Origin: a virus
Lineage: Duplodnaviria > Caudoviricetes
IMG/VR virus record: IMGVR_UViG_3300020365_000026
Span: 1 to 48,623 of that record
Length of the DNA: 48,623 nucleotides
Strand: one strand, 5' to 3'
Shown: piece by piece, positions 37,668 to 47,634 of the stretch
Layout of the letters: each line of letters starts with the position of its first letter
How positions within the stretch are numbered: position 1 is the first letter of the stretch
Position numbers and translations under genes: made by a program
Notes under the pieces: model-generated
Told to the model about the DNA's origin: nothing
Seen by the model: only the letters and a program-made list of their open reading frames with translations
Databases searched by the model: none

Positions 37668-40600
37668 TAATAGCCTCCAGAACTAATAGTGTTTTCACCA
37701 ATTGTAGTTAAATTTCCTAAGCTAGTACTTGACACACTGATGTTGTTTGCTTGTACTACAGGCAAAAACAACTCATCGCTACTACTGTTTATTTGAAATA
37801 GTGCAGTACTATTGTCTGGCGTTGCTACACTATCGATAGTAATTTGGCTTATCTCACCAATCATATTGTTGTGTATAAATGCCGCCATTTCAGTAAAATA
37901 AAAATCTTCGCCAAAGTCCCAATTATCAATATTGAAATATGTATCAATCAAATTGATAACTCTCTGTTTTATCTCAGTGTCACTGAGTGATGTATTTGGT
38001 GTCTTGGTTACATTAAATTTTGCTTGTAGTTCACCACTTGCTAAATCTCCAAACAAAATCTTATATTTTACAGGTCTGTAAATCACCTGATCACTGATTG
38101 ATTTTTTAGTGTTCAAACTTTCAAACATATCAGTAAGTTCACTTATTGTAGGAGGGTTAGGTCGTGTTTCTAATCTTGTATCAAACAATGCCCAATTTCT
38201 AAATGTATTGTTATAGCTTTCCAACAATACATAAGTGTCAATGATATTTGTAGTACTTGGATCAATTAAATGATTGATATCAGCAATTCTATTGTATTGT
38301 GTATGAAGACTTCCTACGCCTGTCACTACGCTTGTGCCATCATTTTCATCTTGCACTGTATAAGTGAAACCATCAACTGTTTTTGTTCCAAGTTTGATAG
38401 TTTGTGAACCAACAATTTTTGTAAATGCTTCTGGATTATTTGGATATCCGTCATTATCAGGATCTGCTAAAGTTACTCTTACATTGTGTGGATCCGTGTA
38501 TCCATCTTCATATGTGAAGTACCCATAAGCATTGAATTGATAATCTCTGCCTAATGGATTTGGATCCGACGGGCTAGTAGGATTAATACTTAAAACTTTA
38601 ACATTATCTCTTAAAGGTTTAAGTGTTTCACTGCTAAATGTTTCTGTGAAGTTGAGATTTGTAAATTTAAGTTTTTTAGGACTACCTACTACAAATTGTG
38701 TTTTTCTTACAAGCATTTCCCATTCATTCACACCATAGTTAAGTCTTATTATCCAGCTGTTATCAATACCTGTACTTGATCCGTCACCTTCGTGTTGTCT
38801 ACTCCAGTTACTAACATCATTCAATGCTGTACTGTTTAAAGGCAAATTACTGCTATCAATTAAAATCCATTTTTGACTGCCTGCATTATATCTTAATCCA
38901 AAACCATTTTGATTTTCAATTTTGTTAATAAGATTTGTTCTTGTGGTTTCGTCTAAGTCTGTACTAAGTCTTGGGACTATTCTACTGATTCTTGCTCCGC
39001 TGGCAACCACATCATTTAAAACAATACTTCCTTTTCCTGTATTATCTATACCTGTTGGTTTACCTGCACTGTCATCATCGCCAAGTCCGTCTTTGTAAAG
39101 TCTATCAATTTTTACCCATTGTGTCTTTGCATCTAGTACAGTTGCTCTTGCAGTAGCACCACTGCCACCACCACCGGATATTGTGATATTGGTGCTTTGG
39201 TCATATCCGCTTCCACTATTAGTGATAGCAACTGATGTTACTTCTCCGTTTGCAAAAGTGGCTATAGCTGTTGCACCTGTACCTTTACCAGTAATAGTAA
39301 CCGTAGGAGTGCTAGTATATCCACTACCTCCTGTTGTTACAGTTGCTTGATCTACATAACCCATTTTATAAGGAGCATCAATGAACTCTACCAGTCCATT
39401 AATATCTGCTTTACTGAGTACACTGGTTGTTGTTTGTCCCATGCGTTGTATATTACTGTTAAGTGTAATATAACCACTGCAACTTCCACTTCCTTTTGTA
39501 ATCTGATTCCATCTATATACATTATTAGCAGTACCATCATTATTAAAGAAATTAATGCCATCTGTAGTATTGGTAAAATGTTTGTGTGCATCATATGTAG
39601 TACTGGAATATCCTTGTCTGTTGTAATAAAAATTAAATATTTCAGGATCAGCTAAACGAGGCTTAATATACTTGTCATAAATTTGTGTTCCATTTAATGG
39701 TGTAGGCAAACTTACTACACTTCTTTTTGTACAACCGTTTTCATACATGTAAACATCATCAGCATACTGTGTTGCGTCACTGTAAGTTGCTGTAGGATCA
39801 TATATGTCTCTGAATCTACTGTGACCACTGTGTACTCTGTTTACACTTTTAATTTTTCTAATGTTTTCACTAGCAGTTAGAGGAGCAATAGCATAATCAT
39901 CTGCTGTGACCATTCTGTCTTGTGTAGTAAAGAATCTTGGAGCATTTGCTTTGATGCTAGCAATACTTTCTCTTTCACTTGCATTACTCACTACACTTTT
40001 CAAACTTGCACTGAATCTTGCAGTGTGTGTATTTCCGTTTGCACTGATATATTCAATGTTAAATGAAACTTTGTTGAATCCATCTGGAGTTAGACTGTAT
40101 GTTCTGTTAAGTCCTGTTCTATACCAAACTCTAATAATACCTCTTGGGATATTTCCAAATCTTCCATCACTGAATACAATACTGATTTGATCATCTTCTC
40201 TACTACTAATACTGTAAATATCTCTTATTTTATTTTGTCTTGCATTAAACAATGTGTTGGCGCCAAATAGCCTATCAACTCTTGTCCAACTTTTTTGTAT
40301 TTGTCCAACTTCGTCAATGGTCTGTACCCATACTTCACCATTGGCAACATTATCTGCATTGATGTCAATTGCCATATTTGGCAATCCGTTGTCAATTTGG
40401 AAGTCTTGGAAGTTAAGAGTTCCTTGTTTAAATCCAATAAAAAATCCTGTGTTAGGTGAACCAAAACCACTGTTATCATTTTTATAAAGCAAGTCTGTCA
40501 CAGCATAAGGATCAGGTCGCTTTTCAATTACTGTGTTTGTTGTACTATCAACACTTGCACTGTGAAAACTAAAAGTAGCATTGTTATTGCTTATTTTGTT

Positions 40601-41203
40601 TGTAAATTCTTTGTTTGTTGTATTGTTTGTGCTGTTAGTTCTATAAATGTCGTGTGTTATGCCCCCAATGTTTGCTGTGCTAAAAGGAGATCCAAACTGA
40701 CTGCTAGGTTGCAGAATACTGTTCATAATAGCTAAAAAGTTTTGGTAACTTGCAGGATTTGTAACATCTTCAAACTGTGTTACTACATTTGCTAAACTAT
40801 TTCCTGTAGCATCAAATACTTGCTCATCAGTTTGTACACTATCAATTTTAAGATAACCACTAGCTACAACATTTCTAGTAGGAGTATAACCTAAAAATTC
40901 AGCAATACGCAAGGCGCTGTCTCTACGTTCTGCTGTACTTAAATAATTTTCTCTTTGACCTAAATCTGCTCTAAAAGCTAGGTTGTGTCCTAGAAATGCA
41001 ATTAATTCTATTAGTGCTACAAATTCACTGCTATTAATATAGTCATTAAAGTTTTCTGGATAGTTTGTACTGATATAATCAACCATCGCTGAGCGTATGG
41101 TATCAAAATCATATGCTTTGAGATTTGCTTGTGCAAAACTTTCGTATGCAACTGTAAAATCTTCTGCCGCAAACAAACTACTTTGACGTGCGCCTTGTGC
41201 CAT
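37667..41203 (-). CDS. gp6: baseplate wedge protein, T4 gp6-like
   Basis: YDFDTIR..FNDY..SSEF..LIELIAF..ENYLSTAERRDS..A..LGY.P, FSDGRFG.IP, ESIASIK.NAP..F.TQDRMVTADDY; follows gp25. Confidence 0.85.
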   Translation of the reverse strand: MAQGARQSSLFAAEDFTVAYESFAQANLKAYDFDTIRSAMVDYISTNYPENFNDYINSSEFVALIELIAFLGHNLAFRADLGQRENYLSTAERRDSALRIAEFLGYTPTRNVVASGYLKIDSVQTDEQVFDATGNSLANVVTQFEDVTNPASYQNFLAIMNSILQPSSQFGSPFSTANIGGITHDIYRTNSTNNTTNKEFTNKISNNNATFSFHSASVDSTTNTVIEKRPDPYAVTDLLYKNDNSGFGSPNTGFFIGFKQGTLNFQDFQIDNGLPNMAIDINADNVANGEVWVQTIDEVGQIQKSWTRVDRLFGANTLFNARQNKIRDIYSISSREDDQISIVFSDGRFGNIPRGIIRVWYRTGLNRTYSLTPDGFNKVSFNIEYISANGNTHTARFSASLKSVVSNASERESIASIKANAPRFFTTQDRMVTADDYAIAPLTASENIRKIKSVNRVHSGHSRFRDIYDPTATYSDATQYADDVYMYENGCTKRSVVSLPTPLNGTQIYDKYIKPRLADPEIFNFYYNRQGYSSTTYDAHKHFTNTTDGINFFNNDGTANNVYRWNQITKGSGSCSGYITLNSNIQRMGQTTTSVLSKADINGLVEFIDAPYKMGYVDQATVTTGGSGYTSTPTVTITGKGTGATAIATFANGEVTSVAITNSGSGYDQSTNITISGGGGSGATARATVLDAKTQWVKIDRLYKDGLGDDDSAGKPTGIDNTGKGSIVLNDVVASGARISRIVPRLSTDLDETTRTNLINKIENQNGFGLRYNAGSQKWILIDSSNLPLNSTALNDVSNWSRQHEGDGSSTGIDNSWIIRLNYGVNEWEMLVRKTQFVVGSPKKLKFTNLNFTETFSSETLKPLRDNVKVLSINPTSPSDPNPLGRDYQFNAYGYFTYEDGYTDPHNVRVTLADPDNDGYPNNPEAFTKIVGSQTIKLGTKTVDGFTYTVQDENDGTSVVTGVGSLHTQYNRIADINHLIDPSTTNIIDTYVLLESYNNTFRNWALFDTRLETRPNPPTISELTDMFESLNTKKSISDQVIYRPVKYKILFGDLASGELQAKFNVTKTPNTSLSDTEIKQRVINLIDTYFNIDNWDFGEDFYFTEMAAFIHNNMIGEISQITIDSVATPDNSTALFQINSSSDELFLPVVQANNISVSSTSLGNLTTIGENTISSGGY

Positions 41204-41565
41204 TATTCCTCACCTGTAAATCTTAGAAACAGTTCTTCTGCTGTTCCTGTATCAATATATTCTAGTCTAACCTTCACTTCTAAACTGTGTTCTGTTGGCT
41301 TGCTTAGTAGTGTTTCTAAAACATTCCAACGTGGATCGTTGTTTACAATAGTGCTAACATCATCCAATGCTTGTCTTTCAGTCAAAGCATCAAGTGGTTC
41401 AAATACTAAATCTGGTAATATACTTCCAAATGTAGGATTTCCTACTCTTTCTCCTCGTCTAGTGTAAAAGTGATTCAATAAATCACGTTTTGCAAGCTCT
41501 GAATCAGTAAGAGTTTTGCTACCACTAATGCTGTCTATTGTGCTATATCCGATATAGGTTACCAT
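41203..41565 (-). CDS. gp25: baseplate wedge protein, gp25 family
   Basis: KRDLLNHFYTRRGERVGNPTFGS..LVFEP..DPRW signature. Confidence 0.9.
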   Translation of the reverse strand: MVTYIGYSTIDSISGSKTLTDSELAKRDLLNHFYTRRGERVGNPTFGSILPDLVFEPLDALTERQALDDVSTIVNNDPRWNVLETLLSKPTEHSLEVKVRLEYIDTGTAEELFLRFTGEE

Positions 41566-41570
41566 ACTAT

Positions 41571-41578
41571 TATTTATG
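41571..41578 (-). promoter_or_regulatory. T4-type late promoter CATAAATA
   Basis: tatttatg in the intergenic gap, 5 nt before ATG 41565. Confidence 0.65.
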
Positions 41579-41597
41579 GTAAAATTAAATACTAAGT

Positions 41598-42503
41598 TTA
41601 TATCTTAATTACAGTTTTAACAATATCTCCAGTGTTCATACTTTTGCTTATTGTAAGGGAATTTCCATTAAGAGTGAAGTCATAAAAATGTTGTTGAATA
41701 GCATCATTTATTGTTACTTTTAATTTTTCAATAGGATCCATACTCACTGCACGTTCTAAACTAAACGTATTGTTTCCGTTGAATGTAAATGTTTGTATTA
41801 TCAATGTATCTTCATATGTTTTAGCAATTTGTCTTTGCAAACTTTCGGGTGTTCTAGGAAGGAAATTACCAGTTTCAGCATAATAGCTGAATCTTGCTCT
41901 TCTCAACTGGTCTGTGCTAAGAGTACCCTTTTCATTTAGATCCCGCATTGTAAACACACCTTGTTCACGTTGCCAAGTTCTAGTCTTAGGTTTTCCGTAA
42001 TCTGCAAGTCTTACAATCGTAGCAATTTTTTGACATTGTTGTTTGTTAACACTACTATTAATAATAATATTTGCAATCCTTTCGTAATCACCATTTAGTA
42101 TGCTAGGCAGTAGTTTATATTCTTGTTCTCCAATGCTACAATTCAACAATTTTCCTGTTGCCCAATTGAGCAATATCATACCGTCGTATGCACTACGCGA
42201 TATACTTGTTACTCCATTTGCTATAAGTTGTTTTTTAGCAAGTTGTTCTTGATTGTTATAGTTTTCTTCCCATATATCATATGCTTCTTGTTCAGTCATT
42301 CCAAAATTAAATAAACCTTCACCGTATGCAGTGCCATCCAATCCACTGTAATCGCTAAAAAAATTCAAAGCCACAAGTCTTGCATTTTCACTGCTGGTAA
42401 TTGTGTTGATATCCAGTCTGTCCTGATAATCATCTTCGTTTTTTACAACAAAGTCACTCCAAACTTTTGTTAGTTGTAAAGGTACATCTAAAAATTCTGC
42501 CAT
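41598..42503 (-). CDS. baseplate protein with degenerate phage-lysozyme (GH24-like) domain and C-terminal beta domain
   Basis: GMTEQEAY, SRSAYDGMILLNWATG (cf. QFDALVSFxxNxG) and LNGDY; lies between gp5-like and gp25 genes. Confidence 0.55.
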   Translation of the reverse strand: MAEFLDVPLQLTKVWSDFVVKNEDDYQDRLDINTITSSENARLVALNFFSDYSGLDGTAYGEGLFNFGMTEQEAYDIWEENYNNQEQLAKKQLIANGVTSISRSAYDGMILLNWATGKLLNCSIGEQEYKLLPSILNGDYERIANIIINSSVNKQQCQKIATIVRLADYGKPKTRTWQREQGVFTMRDLNEKGTLSTDQLRRARFSYYAETGNFLPRTPESLQRQIAKTYEDTLIIQTFTFNGNNTFSLERAVSMDPIEKLKVTINDAIQQHFYDFTLNGNSLTISKSMNTGDIVKTVIKI

Positions 42504-43993
42504 TACACTGCACCTTTTCTACTATTAAATTGAGCAGGAAGATTTTGTCCTGCCGAATTATTATTGTTTGGATTTTCGTTAAACGATTCTACATTTTGTT
42601 GACTATTCCTAGGATTACTACCACTTTTTGATTTTACATTGTTTTTGTTTACATTAGGTTGTTGTCTATTTGTAATACTACTCATGTCAATATCTTTTGC
42701 ACTAAATTGTTGATCACTACTGGCTACTTGTGCTAACGGTTCTTGTTCTTCAGCATGTCCACCCCATGGTTCAGTTTCTGGTACCCTACTTGTAATACTT
42801 TGTTTTACACTTTGATTTACGGTGAGATTGTTTACTGTAGGTTTTGTAGCGGCTGTGGCTTCAGGGCCATTTAAATCAATAAGTTGAGCTGTCATTCTTG
42901 TGTAGCCAGCACATTTGATATGTCCGTTTAAATCGCTTGTCAATTTAATATCTTTGTTTGCATGTAAGTTGAATTCTCCCATTGCCATTTCAACATTCAT
43001 ATCACCTTTTCTAGCTTTCATGTTAATTGTATCTGCATCTAGATTGAAGTCCCCACCACAATATAAATTGAAATCTGTTGTAGTGTGCATACTAATATCT
43101 TCTTCTGCATACAAATCAATTTTTCCATCTGCACTCATTTGTATCCAAGTTTTTCCTGTTTGGCTTATTATGTAAATTATACCTGTACTATCATGCATTA
43201 ATACTTGAGCGCCACCAGCACTTGCTAGTCTTACAAGATTACTTTTGCCGCCTTTTCTATCTTTGTCTGGTGTAAGACAAGTTTCACTGTTGGGTAGTGT
43301 GCCATCATCCATTACTAAACTGTGGCCACCTGGTGTATTCATACCCAAAACTTGTGTTGGAGATTCTCTTCTAAAACTACTACTGCTCAAACCTCTAATA
43401 CTATCAAGTCCTAGACCTTGCCCAGCATGTGCTTCTCCATCCATTGTTTTGTCACTGTATTCTTCACTGTTTCTAACTGTTTCTGCTGATGCTCTTGGTC
43501 TTTCATTTTTATCTGTTTGTTTAAAAACACTAGTATCTAGTGTTGGACCAATTGTCTCAGACTGACTGTCGATAAATCCTGCTGGATTATTAGGATAACT
43601 TGCATTTCTAGTTACATCTGGTAAAACACCAATCATTATTCCAGTATCACTGTTGGCAGGAAAGGCAACAAGTATTTGACTGCCTGGTGCAGGCGGATGA
43701 CTGCTAAATCCATATGTATTGGTTGCATTTGCATATTGATAGGAACCTCCATAAGGACTTGCACGTCTTACTCTTTGATATTTGTGCCTATTGGCTTTTG
43801 TATCTGTATCACCTACATAGCCTTCGCCAATAATCTCAACATACATATATCCTTCATATCTGTCATCAACAATGTCGATTACTTTACATATAAAGACACC
43901 AGTATATTTTGCTAATCCGCCAGCTGTTTTTGTGGCATCATGCTGTGCCATTAAACCTGTACCTGAATCATTACTTCCTGAATATCTCGCCAT
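42503..43993 (-). CDS. baseplate central spike/hub protein, gp5/VgrG-like
   Basis: N-terminal OB-fold-type motifs (V.D..D....G, PP.PG..ILVAF), TPGGHSLVMDD, beta-helix-like repeats and IDLNG. Confidence 0.75.
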   Translation of the reverse strand: MARYSGSNDSGTGLMAQHDATKTAGGLAKYTGVFICKVIDIVDDRYEGYMYVEIIGEGYVGDTDTKANRHKYQRVRRASPYGGSYQYANATNTYGFSSHPPAPGSQILVAFPANSDTGIMIGVLPDVTRNASYPNNPAGFIDSQSETIGPTLDTSVFKQTDKNERPRASAETVRNSEEYSDKTMDGEAHAGQGLGLDSIRGLSSSSFRRESPTQVLGMNTPGGHSLVMDDGTLPNSETCLTPDKDRKGGKSNLVRLASAGGAQVLMHDSTGIIYIISQTGKTWIQMSADGKIDLYAEEDISMHTTTDFNLYCGGDFNLDADTINMKARKGDMNVEMAMGEFNLHANKDIKLTSDLNGHIKCAGYTRMTAQLIDLNGPEATAATKPTVNNLTVNQSVKQSITSRVPETEPWGGHAEEQEPLAQVASSDQQFSAKDIDMSSITNRQQPNVNKNNVKSKSGSNPRNSQQNVESFNENPNNNNSAGQNLPAQFNSRKGAV

Positions 43994-43997
43994 TTTA

Positions 43998-46727
43998 TTA
44001 ACCTATCATAATATCCTTTAACCATTGTGGAGCATTTTTTGCTCTAATTCTACCACTGCCATCTGGTCTTCCGCCCCAATAAGGACTACCTCCGGGTGCT
44101 TGTCCAAATTTTGCGGCAATATCTACATGAAATCCATTGTCTCCCATATAGCCGTTGCCAGCACCAATACCTGTTGCTCCTGCGTTTTTGGCTTCTCTTA
44201 GGAAGTTTTGTATCAGAGGAACATCAGCTGGATTGTTTAAACTTAGAGTTCTACCACTCGAATCTTTTAATCTAATATCAGCCGCCGCGCCATTGTCGTG
44301 TCTTGTTGTACCTGTTCTACGTCCACCTGATCCTGAAGCAGGCTGACCACCACTGTATACTTCAACATCTAAGCCGCTTTTTTGTGCCGCTGATGCCAGT
44401 ATACTTTTGAGTTCAGGTTTGATTGCTTGGTTTCGTATTGTGCTAGCAGAACCAATTTGTGATTCTATTACACTAGGGTTGGTAACATTGCCATCAACAA
44501 TACCTTCTTCTATCAGTTCAGGACCAGTTATATCTGGTGATTCACTTCCTGTTTCTCCGTCACCCTCACCTTGGTCTTCTGGAAGTTTGAGCGGCTCTTG
44601 TTTTTTAGTAGGTTCAATGTCAATAACACCTGTGCTTATTTCTTCCCAAACAAGTCCGAGATTGGTGTTGATATCTCTGAAAGCATCAAGGTCCATAGTA
44701 AATTGACCTTCGCTATATCTTGCATTGACACTTATAACTCTGTACAATCCAACGATACCAAAGTTAGATTCTGGTATTTGCATTAGTCCTGTACCTTCGT
44801 CTGGATATGTTGGAAAGTTTAGATTTAAAAAATAGCTTACGCCACCTCGTCCGTAATGAGCTCCAGGGTGACTTGTTCTCCTACGTGGTCTACCTAACCA
44901 GTAAGGATCTCCTTTGATACTAATACGTTGAGAAACCAAGTCTCCTAAGGAATTTAGGTTTAGTTCTACTGCACCCAAATATACTGCACCACTTGTATCA
45001 TCTTGGTCAGGGCCGTTTGTTGCTTTACTATTGATATTGGTTATATCATGTGTTAGTGGGTGTGTTTCATCATCTCCTCTGGCTGTACCAATAAGCTCAG
45101 ATTGTGTCAAGTATCTTCCACCTGTAATTTGATTTACATCACCTTGTCTTAATCTTTCTCTTGCTTCTTCCTCTTCAAGTAAAGGAATAAGCTGATCTTC
45201 CAATGGTCCTCTACTGTCTTCTAGTTTTTTAATTTTTGCTTTGATATCTTTTTCTTGATTATCAAATTCTGTCATCCTGTTGGCAATTCTATCTACACTA
45301 GAGCCTTCAGGTCCTGAAAAATTATTGTTTTGTAAATTTTCTTTAAATGTTTTTCTTTTATTTTGCAGTTCTATTAGATCATCATTCAATGATCGAATTT
45401 CTTTGTTTATGTTCTGTAGTTCAGTAGACTTGATGTTGTAATCGTTATTTGGACTACCAGCACCTGCTTGTGATTGACCAATAAATTTACCAGCACCTTG
45501 ATTGAGTGCTTGTATTTGATAATACGTTTGATTCAAATAAATGTCTAAACTCAATACTTCTGTGTTTTGACCAGTATGATAATAATCAAAGCGTTTTACC
45601 AATGTTTCATTTAGTGCCATGTTTCTTATGCGTTCTTTTTGGATACCTCTGTCAGCTATTACTTTTTCATATGCAATAACGTCGTGATGTAGTTCAGGCA
45701 CTGTTATACGCTGTATGTTTATTGTGAAATCTTTTGCATAATCTCTGGCTATAAAATCATACACTCTATATTTGCAATCAGTTTCAAATGCAAACCAGGC
45801 ACTTAGATCGCTGAATGTTTTTGCTTTTGCTACAGGATCATTTGGATTATCTTTATGAAATCCTCCTTTGTCTGTTGGAAGTTTTCTAAAGTTTTTTGTT
45901 TGATACAATCCTACCAGTATCAAGTCACTTATGCTTGTACCTTTTTTGATATTAAATGTTAACGATCCAGTTCCTGTTATACTCACACTAGTAAGTGGAT
46001 TATCTCCGCTAGCAACATCAAATGCCCAATCTTTCCATTCTTCAGCCCTGTCACCAAAACCAAATGTATACTGATGAGGAAATGTTCTAGCTGTACTGTT
46101 GATTACTTTGCGTTTTTCTTGTTCATTAATCATCTCTTGCAAATTGCTGAGATATTCACCAAATGTTGAACCTGTAACTTGTACGGCTTTGTTCATGTAA
46201 AGATTAAGTTTTTTGAAACTTTCTTGTGTTGTTTCAACTAGATCTGCTCTGTAACCAGTTGCACCTTCGTTGTATTGAAAATCAAGTCCAGTCATTACTG
46301 TAGTCCAATAGTAAGGACTTGTGATATTGTCTACAGGAGTACCGTCCGTTTCATAACCTATAAATCTTAGTTCCAGCAAATAACATGCTTTCAAGTGATT
46401 AGGTATGCCCAAATCTTTGGCGGCTTTGAATATTCTAGTGTACAGTGTTGCGCCTAAAGGTTCGCTCAATGAAAAACTAAAGACATTTGCCAAGGCTTCT
46501 CTGTCTTGCTGTTGTTTGTTAAACGCCATCTTCAGATCGTGTTCAACACTAACAATGTTGATTTCAGATTCAACACCACTTTGTGCTATAATTTTTACTC
46601 TGTTTGTACCAATAATGTCATTGACTTGACCAACATCTTCTGGACGTATCATATACATTGTCCAGTTGTAGGTCCAGTTGTCGAACCTGTTGAGTACATT
46701 ATCTTGATAGAAACTAAATTGCGCCAT
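43998..46727 (-). CDS. baseplate hub-like protein with coiled coil and C-terminal peptidase M15-like domain
   Basis: IKGDPYWL and GLYRVISV..GQFTM.L hub motifs; C-terminal SG..R..RHDNGAAADI..FHVD (Hx6D...HxD zinc motif). Confidence 0.65.
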   Translation of the reverse strand: MAQFSFYQDNVLNRFDNWTYNWTMYMIRPEDVGQVNDIIGTNRVKIIAQSGVESEINIVSVEHDLKMAFNKQQQDREALANVFSFSLSEPLGATLYTRIFKAAKDLGIPNHLKACYLLELRFIGYETDGTPVDNITSPYYWTTVMTGLDFQYNEGATGYRADLVETTQESFKKLNLYMNKAVQVTGSTFGEYLSNLQEMINEQEKRKVINSTARTFPHQYTFGFGDRAEEWKDWAFDVASGDNPLTSVSITGTGSLTFNIKKGTSISDLILVGLYQTKNFRKLPTDKGGFHKDNPNDPVAKAKTFSDLSAWFAFETDCKYRVYDFIARDYAKDFTINIQRITVPELHHDVIAYEKVIADRGIQKERIRNMALNETLVKRFDYYHTGQNTEVLSLDIYLNQTYYQIQALNQGAGKFIGQSQAGAGSPNNDYNIKSTELQNINKEIRSLNDDLIELQNKRKTFKENLQNNNFSGPEGSSVDRIANRMTEFDNQEKDIKAKIKKLEDSRGPLEDQLIPLLEEEEARERLRQGDVNQITGGRYLTQSELIGTARGDDETHPLTHDITNINSKATNGPDQDDTSGAVYLGAVELNLNSLGDLVSQRISIKGDPYWLGRPRRRTSHPGAHYGRGGVSYFLNLNFPTYPDEGTGLMQIPESNFGIVGLYRVISVNARYSEGQFTMDLDAFRDINTNLGLVWEEISTGVIDIEPTKKQEPLKLPEDQGEGDGETGSESPDITGPELIEEGIVDGNVTNPSVIESQIGSASTIRNQAIKPELKSILASAAQKSGLDVEVYSGGQPASGSGGRRTGTTRHDNGAAADIRLKDSSGRTLSLNNPADVPLIQNFLREAKNAGATGIGAGNGYMGDNGFHVDIAAKFGQAPGGSPYWGGRPDGSGRIRAKNAPQWLKDIMIG

Positions 46728-47032
46728 TAGGCAGTCCTTGTGATTCTATAGGTCTTTGGTGCGACTATTTTTGTTCCTGAAATAAAATCCATAATGGGAT
46801 CAACTAGTTTGTCTCTATTATAATGTGCAAATACCCACCAAAGTTTAGCACTACCATACATTTCAAATGCTAGTAAATCTGGTCTTTTGTTAAACTTGGG
46901 TTGCACAATAAGAGTTGTTGTTTCTTCTGACAGACTGTCAGCTGTCAAAGGCGGTTGATATATTTCTAAGTATTTTTTGTTAATAGGAGTTATACCATAA
47001 TTGCTTTGTGTACTGTACTTTGTTCTTGCCAT
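46727..47032 (-). CDS. gp53: baseplate wedge protein, gp53/LysM-like
   Basis: RPDLLAFEMYGSAKLWWVFAHYN..DPI motif. Confidence 0.75.
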   Translation of the reverse strand: MARTKYSTQSNYGITPINKKYLEIYQPPLTADSLSEETTTLIVQPKFNKRPDLLAFEMYGSAKLWWVFAHYNRDKLVDPIMDFISGTKIVAPKTYRITRTA

Positions 47033-47634
47033 TAGATGAATCCTCGCTGATAAGCAGAACCACTTATGAATTCATTTGTAGTAAATTCGTTCTTTTGTTT
47101 ATCTGGGTTGATTTGTACAGCTATGTCAATAAAAATATTCATCATAACTGGTATTTGTGTATCGCCATCAACTAGCTTTAAGTCAACATTTGAATCATAT
47201 GTAGTTGAAAATGTTGTTAACACAACAGGTATATTGTTGAATTGTTGTTGGCCAAATGCACTGAATTCTAACACAGGAGGTGGTGTACCTGCAACTGGAC
47301 TAGTTTGATTTTTTCCAAAAAACATTTTAGAAACGCTTCTTAAAAAGTGTAATACTCCATAGGTATATCTAGCTTCTTCATCTGTAACACTAGCAAACTG
47401 AGCTGTTACCTGTATACTTGGACTTGGAGTATTTCTGTAGGCATTGTATGTATAATTGGTATGTGTTAAATCGTAAGGACTATAACCCACAGACTGTGCA
47501 TAAACAATATCTGGTTGTATAGGAAACATAATTCCTCTGTGTTGTTGTAACACTTGTGCAGGTCCTGTAAGAAAAATACTGGGTGCATTTGGTTTTAAGA
47601 CTAATTTAGCACGGTTTTTAGCTAGCACTGGCAT
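47032..47634 (-). CDS. tail tube initiator / baseplate-tube junction protein
   Basis: FPIQP, HFLRSVSKMFFG, GTPPPVLEFSAFG..FNNIPVVLT motifs; position upstream of gp53. Confidence 0.6.
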   Translation of the reverse strand: MPVLAKNRAKLVLKPNAPSIFLTGPAQVLQQHRGIMFPIQPDIVYAQSVGYSPYDLTHTNYTYNAYRNTPSPSIQVTAQFASVTDEEARYTYGVLHFLRSVSKMFFGKNQTSPVAGTPPPVLEFSAFGQQQFNNIPVVLTTFSTTYDSNVDLKLVDGDTQIPVMMNIFIDIAVQINPDKQKNEFTTNEFISGSAYQRGFI

